The position numbers and the translations under genes were made by a program. DNA of 64,000 nt, taken from the NCBI GenBank assembly GCA_964035575.1, contig OZ037841.1:372001-436000 (forward strand). Reading direction: 5' to 3'. Below the pieces are notes generated by a model that saw only the letters and a program-made list of their open reading frames with translations, made no database searches and had not been told where the DNA came from. This document shows, piece by piece, positions 49,122 through 62,122 of this stretch. This stretch comes from Rhynchopus sp. YZ270_cl-10 (taxonomy: Eukaryota). The first letter of the stretch is position 1, and the number at the start of each line of letters is the position of its first letter.

Positions 49122-52081
49122 ATAATTGGTTTTTTTTTATTATTATTATTAAATCGCGAGATGAACCTAGCCCCCGCTGTGCTTAGTCACCTAAAATAAG
49201 GGAATCAAAATGAAGAAAAAAACGAAGCTTTGAAGTGCTGTGGATTTACATTCAGGACTTGAACTGGAGGGGCTGAAAAGGGCAGAGGGGGTGGTTTAGG
49301 TCTGTGTGATCATATCGAACAGTTCATAGCGGGTGTCGGTGATTTCCCACTGAAACGTCGAAAGTGTGTGGCAGTGATTCCAGACATACACAGTCACCTC
49401 TCACCCTCCCCTCCCCCACGAACTTCCCCTTTTTCAGCTTGCGGCACAAGCCTTCTTGTTTATGCGAAAAAAGCACATCTACCTACCCAAAAGAGCATGG
49501 TGGTAGTTTGAAGAATTACGGGAAAAAAATTAACAGTTTTCTCTCCCAAGAATACGAGCTTTTTCGCGCGAATATTTGTGAAAAAAAATAACAAAAAAAT
49601 GAAAAAAAAAAATGTCACGCACTCAAAAAATAAAAATAAAAATGGAGTAAAAGGAAGAAACTGGAATAGAGGGATGTTCGACGGATTTTTCCTCGGTCGG
49701 TTTCTTAATAGCAGAAAAGGGGGGAAGAAAGAAAGAGGTAGTGGACCCTAAACCTGTAATTTCTTATCCAACCTGTAACTGTCTTTACCGATGATCGTGC
49801 AACAAAATAATGTAGCCTCGTCACAATAAACGGACCCAACAGGATGCCGGTATAATGTAAAAAATATTTTGAAAGTGCAAAAAAAACGCCTCAGTATTCA
49901 TCGATGGACGCAGGCACTTATAACTAAAGAAAAAAATTCGCAAAACAAAAACAAAAGAGAATACCTGGAAGATAAATACTGCCTCAATGAGAGAGACACA
50001 TCCAGAAAAGGGGGGGTGGTTCAAAGAAAGTGCTGGTTTGTTGCCCCAAAAAAAGAAAAACTTTCTTGTGTAGTATCGACAATCATTTTACCCGAGCTGG
50101 GTTGAAATGTCACCCGAAGGGGGTCAAGATACAGAACACGTTGAAAAAAAAAAAATAATAATGGTGCATGAACCTTAACGTTGAGTACCAACCCAAAAAG
50201 GATAGCGGGACCTCTTCACACAACAAACATTTTTTTTTCCTCCCGCACAGTATATTTTTCCCCATACATAAGGGGACTGAGCAGAAAGAAGAAGAAGAAG
50301 AAAAAAATAACTGCTGTTGTTCAGAATAGAGAAAACGCAAAAAAAAATAAAATGTAAAATGTGCAAAACATCTCACCTATTGGTCGGCGGACACAGGGCA
50401 CACAAAAAGGAAGGGGACTGTTTATTGATGAAAAAAAAACACGAAAACAAAGGAATGCCGCTGTCGAAGACTCAAAAGAAAAAATAAAAACTTGAAGTTT
50501 TTGAAAGCGCATTGAACGCATTTCATGTGCAGAGCACGAGGTTCTTCACGATTTCCCCTCCAGTGAAGTAATTTTCTTTTTTTTTGGAAACTTGGTTGTA
50601 TTAGTGTAGCCACCCTAGAGTGTGCTTCACCATTGGAGTAAAAAAAAAAAAAAAATACTTCCTCAACCCGCCGGCACTGATATTTCGTGAGGTCTTTTGA
50701 ATGGGTTTTGATTTCGAAGTTTTTTGTTATTTTTTTTGGGTTATTTCTGCGGTGCTTTCCCTTAGTGTGGATCGCGTGAATTTCTTTGAAAAACGTAAGA
50801 CCTTTAAAAAAAAAAATGATGAGGCAAAAAGAAATACACGCAGGCACAAAATCCATCTGGTGTGGTTTTGTTTACTATTTTGTTGGTGTTGTTGTTGTTG
50901 TTGATTTTGTTTTTGGCAGGATATGGTTATTTTGCTTTGTTTTATTGAGGGGATGGGATACACAAAACAAAAACAAAAAGAGAGAGAAAAAGAAATAATC
51001 ACACCATTCACCGGGGGGGCGGGGAGTTCTCTGTTCACAGCTGTTCTTCGGGTTCAAAAGAAGAAAAAAAAGGGGGACGAATTTTGCAAAAGAGTGTGCA
51101 ATACCCGTCCCCTTTTATGAGTAACTTTTTTTGTTTTTTTTGTTTGACCATCTGTTGTTTTTAAGCACCCAATGAGGATGCATTTTTTTTTGGGGAGTAC
51201 GGGGGGCAAGCCAATCACAGAAGCCGAGAAAAGGACAGGACACACCTAGGAAGGGGGTTTTTCTTTGGGCAAAATAAAAGATAAACAAAAAACCAAATTG
51301 CAAAACATAAAAAAAAGCGGGGGGCGAGAATCAGTGGGACACAACAGAGACGGAGAGAATCGGAAAAATAGAGACAGGGCTGAAACCACGTTTTCTCCTC
51401 TCTTCTCTCTCTTCCTCCCTCTAATTCCCCCCTTTTTCACTCCAAGGTTCAAGGCTCTCCTAAAATACCTATGGAATGAATGCCCATAAAAAAATCCTTC
51501 CTTTTTATAGCGTGCTTGCGGGGACTCGAGACTTCTGAACGGCAGTTCAAGGACAAGAGATGGTGGGAGGGAAAAAAAACGGGTGGGGAAAAGAGAAAAA
51601 AAAAAAAAAAAACTTAAATGGGAAGAGAATACCGCAGGTACAAGACAAACGAGTGTCTCCGAGTGCAAAAAAAGAGGGGCTGGAAGATGAATCGCCACAA
51701 TGGCTTAAAGTAAAGGGAACACAAAAAAAAAATGGGGTGTGCGTTTTTTTGGGGGGAGAAAACACACTTTGAAAAGTCACTAACACACTGTGTGATTTTA
51801 TTTATCGCTTTGGGGGTTAAAGATGAGATGTGAAGTTGAAGGCACACACATCCTTTTGCCCCAAGGGCTGTCGCTAAACAAAAGGGTTGGGGGGGTGGGT
51901 GATGAATGTGGTGGTGTACCTAAGCAATGCCGTTCAAAGATGAGACTATCCGTTTCTTCGTTCACCAGGATTTCTTCTTTATTAATCATCGGGGTAAATA
52001 AACCCTTTTGGTACACACACACACGACCCAAATTGGGCACAAAGAACAAGTTGTTGGGAAGAGAGAAAGAGAAAAAAATAT

Positions 52082-52115
<34 letters not shown>

Positions 52116-52702
52116 TTGAAAAAGATGAATGTGCCTCTCGTACACACGCATCTTATAAAAATAAAAAATCGGAGGAGAAATATATTGTCAGTGCGAGAAG
52201 GTTGAAGATTTTATTTTCCATACAGAATAATAGAAGGGACTGGTGTTTAGCTTTTTTCCCCCTCCATCAATCTGGGATGTATGCATTTTTTTTAAAAATT
52301 GTGTGCTGTCAATGGTACCGACAACTTCATCTAAGCGAGATGGTCGGATACATCAAATGTGCAGATGTGTCAAATTTAATTTGATATTTTTTTTTTTTTG
52401 AATTTGATTTTTTTTTTAAAATAGATGCAGGCACAAACGACTCTACCGCCAAAACAGCAATGTGGTGTGAAGAAAACTGTAGCGGAACTGAAGAAAAAAA
52501 AAAAAAACGAGCCTTGTTGGTTTGCATAACATCGTTTGCCCCCGCGCCCCCTCAAACAGCTCAAAGATGCTTGATTGGGTGGAGGACAAACCTAGGATGG
52601 GAGTATATATCTGTCGCAAAGAGTCTTATCTATAGTAAAGGGATAAAGTACGGAATGGTGTTGGATAATAATAAAAAGTTTTGCAAAAAAAATAAATCTG
52701 AA

Positions 52703-52770
52703 TGGTGCTCCTGGAGGAGTCGATATTGACAGGTCGCTGACAGGTCTCTGACTGATTTTCAATAGCACCA
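52703..52770. mobile_element. 68-bp TGGTGCT...AGCACCA mini-element
   Basis: 5-bp TSD CTGAA. Shares GTCGATATTGACAGGTCGCTGACA with the 27204 and 48836 copies. Confidence 0.85.
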
Positions 52771-53120
52771 CTGAACTCAAATCTTTCGTTTTTTGCGTAA
52801 ACTTTAATATCAAATAAAAGAGACAAAAAATGAATAGACGAACACGACCTTCTTAAAATTAAAAAAGAGGGGGTGAAACGCCTAAAAAGGAATCTGGATC
52901 CCCGTTGGTTATCGGCGTCCGTTTTGCATGCATTTTTTTGCTCTCATAACTTAATGCAAAAAAGAGGAAATAATGAAGAACAAAAGAAAAAGAAAGAAAG
53001 AAACAAGGGGCAGGTATTAGAAATGAAACCATACCCCTCATCAGGGCGTTTTGTCTTGTTGTGTATGTTGGCGTTGTCGTTAATTTTGTTTTAAATTTAT
53101 AATTTCGTTTAATTTGTAAT

Positions 53121-53240
53121 ACCACCTGATTTTTACCCCGCGTAAAGGCCCGTATAGGCTCGTTTCGGCCCGTATAGGCCAAACCCCACCCATTTTCCCC
53201 AGCCTTTACGCGCCTTTACGCGGGGTAAAAATCAGGTGGT
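53121..53240. mobile_element. Foldback MITE
   Basis: TIR ACCACCTGATTTTTACCCCGCGTA, TSD TA or AAT. Second copy at 60728-60856. Confidence 0.88.
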
Positions 53241-53893
53241 AATAGCAGAAATTGCAGCCATTCTGCGCAATTATCCACCGTTCTATGTTGAAGTATTAGT
53301 GTAGACTAGACACCCGAGGATGCGCTCCACTGTAGCATTTTTTTTTTTATGTGGTTTGATCGAAAAAAAATCAGCTTTTTTATCTTTGCTTTTGCTTTTT
53401 ATACAATAATATCTTCTACGAAGTCAACGAGTCTTCACATGACACATATCCATTTGACAACATTTTTTTTGCTGCCTTTACGAAAAACCATCAAATAAAA
53501 AGAAATAAAACCAAAAATTGCACAAACAAAACACCGCTTATCAGAAATACTCTCTGGGGCGCTTGGCAACACCAATCCCCAGTATATCTCTCTTTCTCTC
53601 TTTACAAAAAAAAATTTTTTTTGACAAATTGTTGGAGTAGTGGTTGCCTCGGTTGTGTTGCCACAGTTGTGCAATCTCCACTGTCCTTTTTTTTGCAAAA
53701 AAATTTACTGGAATAATCAAAGAGTTGCCCTCTAGAGATGCCATCCATTCGCAAAATACCCACTTACTTTTTTTGTTGAAAAAAAAAAAAGGGGCTAGCC
53801 TGTTCACAGACAGCACACCTCCCAAAAAAGAGTGTGGCAGAGTTGGTGATTTGTTACTCTGGTCTGACACCAGTTTTCTTGTTGAAAATAAAC

Positions 53894-54191
53894 CAGGCAC
53901 TCCGCTAGGTACTAAAGTTCTGTTGATTGTCAACAGAACTTTTTGAAAATGGGGAAAAAAAGAAAAAAAAAAAAAGTTCTGCTAAGTGGTTCAGACCCGT
54001 TCTACCTGTCAAAAAAGCTCAGGAGAAGAAGATATGGAGAGGTGAGTGCTCAAACGTCCCAAAAAAGTCAAAATCGGGCGTTGGTAAAAAAAAAAGTTGC
54101 GTACCGTGCGCCTGCGGCGCAAGCATGTACCCCACCAACGTGGACCATCAACAGAATATTTTCAAAATCGGAAATCCTAGCGGAGAGCCTG
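53894..54191. mobile_element. hAT-like MITE
   Basis: TIR CAGGC(A/T)CTCCGCTAGG. 8-bp TSD AAATAAAC. Confidence 0.88.
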
Positions 54192-55527
54192 AAATAAACA
54201 AAAAAAAAAAAAAAAAAAAAAAAAAAATCGCAATCTCAAAGGAGAGAGTTACACACACAATAAATTATATCATAATAAGAGGAATGTACCTTGTGGGCGC
54301 AATAAATCTTACAAAGGAAAAATAAAAATGAAGTTGTGATAACGCACAGACACTTTTCGATGCAGGCGCGTAAAAGAACAACAAGATTGTGAGGATGATA
54401 TTTCGCCTACCGCGATAAGTCACCAGATAAGAAGAAGAAAATGGTAAGGTGAACTCAAGCATATCATACTTAGTCTGATTAGCTTATTTGGTTTATTCAT
54501 CAGTCTAACAGTCCCAGCTATCAGTCTCAAGTCTCTCATGCTCAGTCACCCTAATAATAATAATAAATCAGGAGTTGGCGCGCCTTTTTCTGTATTGGAG
54601 TTTTTTCCCTTCTGTGTGCAATACAAAACCCCATTTTTTTGGGGGGTTTTTATTCGTATCGCAAAAAGTGCGCATTGCGCAACTTTCTTACAGTTGGTGT
54701 TTTGTTTTATACAGGACGCAAAAAAAAAAAAAAGACTAAAGAGAATCAAAAAAAAAAATCAATAAAAACTAACAATGGCTCAGCCACAAGAGCACAAACC
54801 ATTGTTTTTACAGGAGAGAGAAAAGAAGAGAAAATGGAGAAAAAAAAAGGTAAATGCGGCAAAACTTTATTAGCTCGCTTCACAAATAAAAAGGAGATAT
54901 TTTGAAAAAAAAGGGGGAATGGAGTTTCAAAAAAGAGGAGGAAAAAAAAAGGGGGGTAAAAGTACAAAACAAAACAATGTACATTAAACCCAAAGGATGG
55001 GAAGAGGAGTGACAAGGAGATCAACAAAAATATAAAGGTGCCAAGCTTTATTGTTTGAATTTTTCTCTCGTCACGATTTTTTAAAATGATTTACCTACGG
55101 TGTGGGGCGGGTTTAGTGGATGCGCTTGACCCCTAGAACTGAAACTTCTTGTTGGTAGCTTCTTGTCTTGCGTAGCGGGGTTCAAGGCAGTGCGGGGGGG
55201 GGGGGGGGGGGGGGGGAACTCTGTCAGTTTTGGTAAGAAATGGCTGCCTTAATTTGGCAGCATCGTCTCTCACTGTCCACACAGTCATAAAAACGGGACT
55301 TTTTTCTTTCTTCATCTTTTTGATCTGTACCAAGCGTGGCTAACTGCCATTTTTTTTAAAAAAGGGGGAATTTTCGGTAGTCCTCGATAGGATGTATGCA
55401 GGAATACCTCTAAGTGGTTTTGCTGTGTACGTCAAAAAAAAAAAACAATTTTTCTAAATCCATTTTTATTTTGCTGTTTGAACACAGAGACATAGGGAGG
55501 GAGAAAAGGGGGGCTTTCTTTGGAATA

Positions 55528-56237
55528 CTGTAAAATCGTTTAATTTGTCACTTACGATAATGTGACAGAATGACAAAAATGGTGACAAAATGACATATTA
55601 TATAAGTGACACATTTTTATGATGATTTAATTATGTTTTGGGACCACATATGGGGAGGCTGTAGTGGGAAGGGTGGTCAGGTGTGAGAAGACGCTGTAGA
55701 CGGTTGAAAGGGGGCTGTGCGGAGCACAGGAGACAACGCTTTCTCTACTGGCTGACATCGAGACGAACACAGAACAGAAAAGTACTTTTTGTTGTGTCGA
55801 CAATCGCCGAGTAATCCCACCAGGTGGGAGAATTCGGGTTTGCATTCAAAGTTGGCCGAAGCCTTTACTACGGAAGGTATAGACGTAGTTCGTCCTGAAC
55901 CCTTAAGAGCAACTTTAAGGAAGAAAAGAACCTTCAAAGGGGTAGTCCGCGTCACGGTGCACGGCTACATGCTAAGAAGGGGTTTTGGAGGTTACAGTTG
56001 AGAGACTGCCCTCATTTCAAAAGTGGGAAGGTGAGGTGGAAACATTTTTTTAAACTTTTTTTGTACTCAGGGAGCGAAAAGCATCGTGTACTTTAAAAAG
56101 TAGACACAAAAATAACCATAAACATAAATTAAATCATCATTTAATGTGACACATATTATTAGGGTGTGACAAAGTTTATTTATGACTGATATTTCAAATC
56201 AGTTAATTAAATTGTGACAAATTAAACGATTTTACAG
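55528..56237. mobile_element. Tc1/mariner-like non-autonomous element
   Basis: 24-bp perfect TIR CTGTAAAATCGTTTAATTTGTCAC, TA TSD, subterminal GTGACA repeats. Confidence 0.88.
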
Positions 56238-58622
56238 TACATTTTTTTTGGTTTTTTTGGTTTTTTCTTGAACTTCAACGAAGGGGGGGAGACGTGAAAA
56301 AAGAGGGGGAAAAGGGACAAAATATTAATAAAAAAAGACACCTTTTCCCAGAGAATGGAAGGAATTGTTGCCGAGGTTGGGATTGGAAGAGATTGGAGAG
56401 GGGTGGAGTAGGGGAGGAGATCAAGATTCATTGTGCTCAGACGAAGTTTGGGTTGGAATTGCTTGTTTTTTTTTGAAAACTTGGTTGTATTAGTGTAGCC
56501 ACCCTAGAGTGTGCTCCACTATATTTTTTTTTTTGTAGTTTCGACAATCACCTGTCCGAGGAAGGGTTCAGTAGATAAGGTGGCCCGAAGGCAAATGAAT
56601 TTCAAAGGTATATGATGCAGTTCATCCCCAACCAATGAATATTTTTTTTTACAATTTGCCTCTGTTTTTGCGTAATGTTGTTCTTACACGACGTTGGCAT
56701 CAGTGTCACGTTGTGTGGTCTTTTTTTTTTTTTTTTGCTTTGCTCTTTTTGTTATTGCTACGTGATCCAAGACGTCTTGGAAGATAGATGAATTCATCAT
56801 CACAAGCACACACGACACCGTATCCACAAAAAAATCGATATCGTGTCTAGGCAAAACCGCATATGAGATTTGAGGTAATCGTCCTTGCATATTTTTTAAA
56901 AAAAAATTGGTAAGCTACCGAGGTCCAGGCCTCACCTTAATAACAAAGGATGTAAAAGAGTAGGCAATCCTTTTGTTTCGTCACATTTTTTTAAAAAAAA
57001 ATAAAATTGAAAGAATGAACGTGTGCATCACTGTCATGAAAATGAGAAGGGAACAAAAAGAAGAAAAAAAAGCGAGGTTGATAGTGCAAAACGCCGCAAA
57101 AGGCTTCGACTGTGGCAAAATCACAAAAGGAGGGTAGGGGGGCTCCTAGAACCCCCCTTTCCTCCTCTCAAAAAACAAAAAAAAAAAAAAAAAAAAACAG
57201 ACGACAAAGGTACATTTTTCTCCTATGTTCCTGAAGCCTTTTTTTTTTTTGTCAGGGCCAGTTTATTTTTTTTTGGACCTGGGGCCAGTAACACCTGCGA
57301 TACGCATATTTTTCAGAAAAAAATAGACGGTAGCAGAGAGAATAATGAAGGGAAAGGATCCGTGAAGGATGATAAAAAGAAATACAAAATACGAAATACT
57401 GTAAAAAAAAAAAATAAAACTTAAAGTACGAAAGGTACGAGCCTATGACATAGCAAATATGGGGGAGGAACTGGGCTTAAGATATGCCATGAAAACTGCA
57501 AGGGAGTCTGTGTTGTGAAAAACCGACACATAAAAGAAAAAAGGCTTGGGGTAATGCTTCGTCAATATTGCTAAAAAAAAGACGCAGTTCAAAAATTTTT
57601 TTTTAAAGAACACCTTCAAAAAGATGAAAACTCTGGCGCGCATACATTTGCAACACTATCGGTACCGTGCCGTAACACGCTAGGTCTTTTGAAACGCAAA
57701 TCAGAGAAAAAAAGAAATAGTTGAAACGTGCCAAAAAACGCAGCTCGGTCAAAACCATTTAAATCAACACAATAATGCAAGGGGAAGGGAACAGACAAAA
57801 AAAAAATAGTTCGAAAGCACAAAAGCTTCCCCAATGAGTCAACGTCTACGGCATATCATGTGGCCTGTCTGACAAAAAAAAAGAAGGGTTTTGAATGAAG
57901 TTCCAAGAGGGGGGGAAATTTTTTTTGTATTGCACAGTCCTGCTACCACTGTAACACACTCTGACAAAACTTCCTGAAAAAAAATTCTTAGTATGAAGAA
58001 AAATGCTTAGATGCTCTCAAGAGAAGGAGTAACACGATATTCTGTTTCTTCCCTAGAAATCTTAGTGGTATAGTGTGGACACCCCGAAGAATGTGGTACA
58101 CACTGCCATTTATACACAATGTGTTGCGTTCTCCCTTTGACAACTAAGGGGGCACTCTGTAGTGTGTTTGTAGTAATGGACAATACACAATCACAGCGTG
58201 TCTCAGCAGGTCTTGGACTTTAAAAAAAAACGGTACTTTTGGAAAAAAAAAAGTTATTTTTAAAGATGAACCTACGCCTCACTGTCTCATCTAAATAAAC
58301 TTTTGAAGAACAAAAAATTAAAGAAGTAAAAAGTAGCTTTCACCAATCAGCATCCCCGCAAAAAGACTATTAGGTCGAAGAGGTGGGATGCTTTAGTGAA
58401 AAGAAAAAAAGAAAAAAGAAGACAAAAATGAGATAGAAAACGCATCCATCTGACAATTTTTCTTTTGAGAAAAAAAAGGAATGAAGTTGAAGGGTGCAGG
58501 CCCTACACGGGGTCTGGCTTGTCTTTTTTTTGTTGTTGTATCGACAATCACTTTACACCTATTAGTATAAAGATCTGTACTCAATGTTGGTAGGTATTTT
58601 TTTTTTTTGTTTTTTTTTTGTA

Positions 58623-59130
58623 CCCTCATAGTAAAAATAATGTTTTTTCAAAAATAAATTATTAAAAAAATGACCCAAAAGTAACATTTTTTTTGTAACA
58701 ATTTAATAAAATGTTTTATTCGTTTTTTTGCAGTTGGGCAAAAAGTAACAAATGCTACAAAGAAAAAATAAAAAGCCCATGGTTGAACCACGGGAGTACC
58801 ATTGGGAACTGGGTTGCTGACCACACCATACAGGCTGTACCTCATTTTTTTTTTGCCTGCGGCGCCATTTTCCCTTTTTTGCTCCGCAAAAAAGGGTTCG
58901 TTGAGTGACTCTGTGTAAAAAGCTAGATTTTTACACCATGGGTTTCCGCGCTGTATGCTTTATTAGCCCCCCCAGTAACATTTTTGTTACGCCTGCGGCG
59001 TAACAAAAATGTTACAAAAAAATAAAATCCAAAAAATGAAAAAAGTAACAAAATGCAAAAATGTTATAAAAAAAATAAAAATCGCCGAAATAATTTATTT
59101 GTAACAATAACATAATTTATACTATGAGGG
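58623..59130. mobile_element. TA-flanked TIR element
   Basis: TIR CCCTCATAGTA.AAAT.ATG, TA TSD, subterminal GTAACA/TGTTAC repeats. Confidence 0.8.
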
Positions 59131-60727
59131 TATTTGTTGTCTGACAAAATCATCCCGCCAAAGAGATGGGTTCAGTTCTGAACACCATCTGTTTGAAAGG
59201 TTTATAATACATACGACTTGAACGACACAAACTCCCATCGCGTTATATTTCCCTTAAATTTTTCCAATTCGAATAAAGAAAGAAAAAAAAAAAAGCTCCA
59301 CTTTTCCCCTCCGGGTTTTTCTTTTTCTAGAAAATTTTTTTTTGGAAAAAGTGGAGTCTTCTGCGTATTGCCTCTATTAGTTTCTCCTTACGGGGGGCTG
59401 TTTCCTGTCTTTGAGGAAAAAAAGGAAATATCCAAAAAGATTCATAATTATCGCTGTACATGGAAGAAAAAAAAAGAAGAAAAAAAAACGACATATTTTC
59501 GGTGAAAATAAAACAAAATAATGCAGATGAAGATTGATGAACAAGGGAGGGGGTAAAGCCACACTAACAAACAAACAGAAATCGATGTACTTTCCACAAA
59601 GGAAAACAAATATGATCATTCTGCTGTTCTCATTGCACACATTTTTTTTTTTGAACGGTCAACCGTACACAGTGATTCATACAGCTGGCAGGCCGTTAAA
59701 AAAAAGAAGAAACATAAAAAAAGACAGAAAGGGCGACTGCTCGATATACAAGGTGCAAAAAAATGGACCAATGAATATGAAAAAAAAATTCCGTAATTTT
59801 CAAAAAAAAAATACGAAGCTTCACGATGCATTCTCAAAACACTCATACCGAGACAGCCGACGTTTTTTTTTTCCTTCTGAAAACTATTAGTATTAGTGTA
59901 GACACCCCGAGGATGAACTCCACTATACAAAACGCTTTTTTTCTCTTTTTCGGGGAGGGAGGGAGGGAGGGAGGGGGGGTTTTATTAGGTGTCAACTCAA
60001 CACCCCCCGAGGGGATAGGTTATTTGTTTTGTACTTATAAATTGTTACTGGGGGGGATCGTGTTGGAAGTCGAAAAACTTGGTGTAATCGGAACCCAAAA
60101 TAGTACTTCTCCTGTACCTTCTACAACGGAGTTTGAATGATTTTTTTATGAAGTTTTTTTGTTATGTTTGCTTTGCTCTTGCTCTTGTTTTGATTTGTTT
60201 TGTAACAATGTTAACAATGTTTGCTACAAACCACCAGGGGGAACCAGAAAATTCCTACACCCCTCGAATTCTTCAGACTTCTCCCGTCTGGTTCCGACTA
60301 CACCAACAAAATAAAAACGTCCTATTTGATCACCCCCCCAGTAAGGAACCGTTTGGGTGGTTCTTCTTACACTTTAGAACAACAGCCCTTCTGCACCGTC
60401 CGTTCAATGAGAACGAGAGCTTTGGATAACGATTCGCGAATTTCTTTTTTAAAATGATCAACGATCCACAAAAAAACACGGACAACACACTGGAACAAAA
60501 AAAAAAAATCACGTTGTCTCTGGCTCTGTTGTTTTTTAATTGTATTCTCTCATTGTTCTTATCAGAGAAGATTCTTGAAGTATTTTTTTTCTTACAAATC
60601 GCCACGGGTTCGCGTGAATTTTTTTTTTTTGTTTTTGATTTTGTTGATGAATATGTAATCAATCGAAATGTGGGTAGAAAAAAAACCCAGTATTTTTTTT
60701 TTCATGGATGATTAAAGTTTGGGTAAT

Positions 60728-60856
60728 ACCACCTGATTTTTACCCCGCGTATAGGCGCGTGAAGGCGTGTATAGGACCGTATAGGTCCGTACAGGCATAT
60801 ACGGACCGTCCGTACACACCTTTACGCGCCTATACGCGGGGTAGAAATCAGGTGGT
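60728..60856. mobile_element. Foldback MITE (same family as 53121-53240)
   Basis: TIR ACCACCTGATTT(T/C)TACCCCGCGTATAGGCGCGT. Confidence 0.88.
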
Positions 60857-61117
60857 AATAAGAGTGATCACGAAAAAAATGAAATGCTTCTGACATGGTA
60901 CACAGTTTTGTTTTGTTCATTCAATTCTCCATATATCACCACCCCCTGTTGTTTTATCGTCCCATTCTTCTTTGCACAAATACACTACAAAACGTTAGTC
61001 GGAAAAATGTTGTATTTTCGACTCGTGTGCATCGTACAGCTACAAAGAAGAAGGCGAATAAAAAAGAAAGAAAAATAAAGAAGGAAGATGCGAATACGAC
61101 GATTACAATTCAGAAGG

Positions 61118-61153
<36 letters not shown>

Positions 61154-62122
61154 GTTTCCTTGTACTGTACCTCAGAGAAGAGGGAAAAAAAAGAAAATAT
61201 GGATATCTCTCAAAATGAACCCGAACGTGTCTGGCTTTCAAAATTGAGTGACCTTTTATTTTTTTCTTCAAATCTATTGTATTGCATGGTACCTTCGATT
61301 TTAAATTTCCTTTTTTTTTGAGGGGAGTCTGAATGGATTTTTTTTATGAAGTTTTTTTTGCTATTTTGTGCTCCTTTTTTGACGGGAGGGAGTGGATAAT
61401 AAAAAGGTGAGGGAAAAGTTGATTGTGCAGAAAAAAATGTCCTTTTTTTTTGAAAGATGTATATTAGCATACATACGCATCTCTTTTGAATGATTTATTT
61501 CAACAGATGCATTCAATAAAGTGAACGCATAGGTTTTTAGGGATCAACAAATGTTCCCATATTTTGTAATAAAAGTAAAAAAACGCCTCACCGGACGTAG
61601 ACAATTTACAATTAAAATATAAAGGGGGGTAATGGATATGCTTCTCGTGCACATCTACAAAAAATAAAAATAAAATAAAAAAATCGTGAAAAAATAAAAG
61701 CAGGTTACGGCGTTCAATACCTTGCCCACACCCCACCAAGTTATCATCGGTGAATGAGTTAGGGAGGGGTTGGGAACGTGTTCTGTGTTTGGAAAGAAGA
61801 GGTGGGTTTGTTTTTTTCTTTGCATCCGTATTTTTTTTTGTGTTGCCTGTCGTTGCGCCCTTCCCGTAAAAATAAAAAGGGTGCGTAAATGACAGTCAGA
61901 AGTAAACAAAAAAATGGGGTGCAAGACAATATAAAAGGAAAAAAGTTGATTTAGGTGAACAGCCTTTGGACACAAGAAAAAAAAAAACTTGAACGGTGAC
62001 TTAGGACAGCCAGGGTGGTTGAAAACTGAGTGTTTAACGTTTTTTTTTTTTTTTAATCTGTTTGGTGTAGCTGCCATAGGCAGTCCTCGCTAATTTATTT
62101 TTTTTTTTTTTTTGGGATTTGC

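Noticed and set aside
163..59928. Family A or B repeats as a CRISPR array
   Set aside because: Copies are dispersed kilobases apart with no regular spacers. There are no cas genes and the context is eukaryotic.
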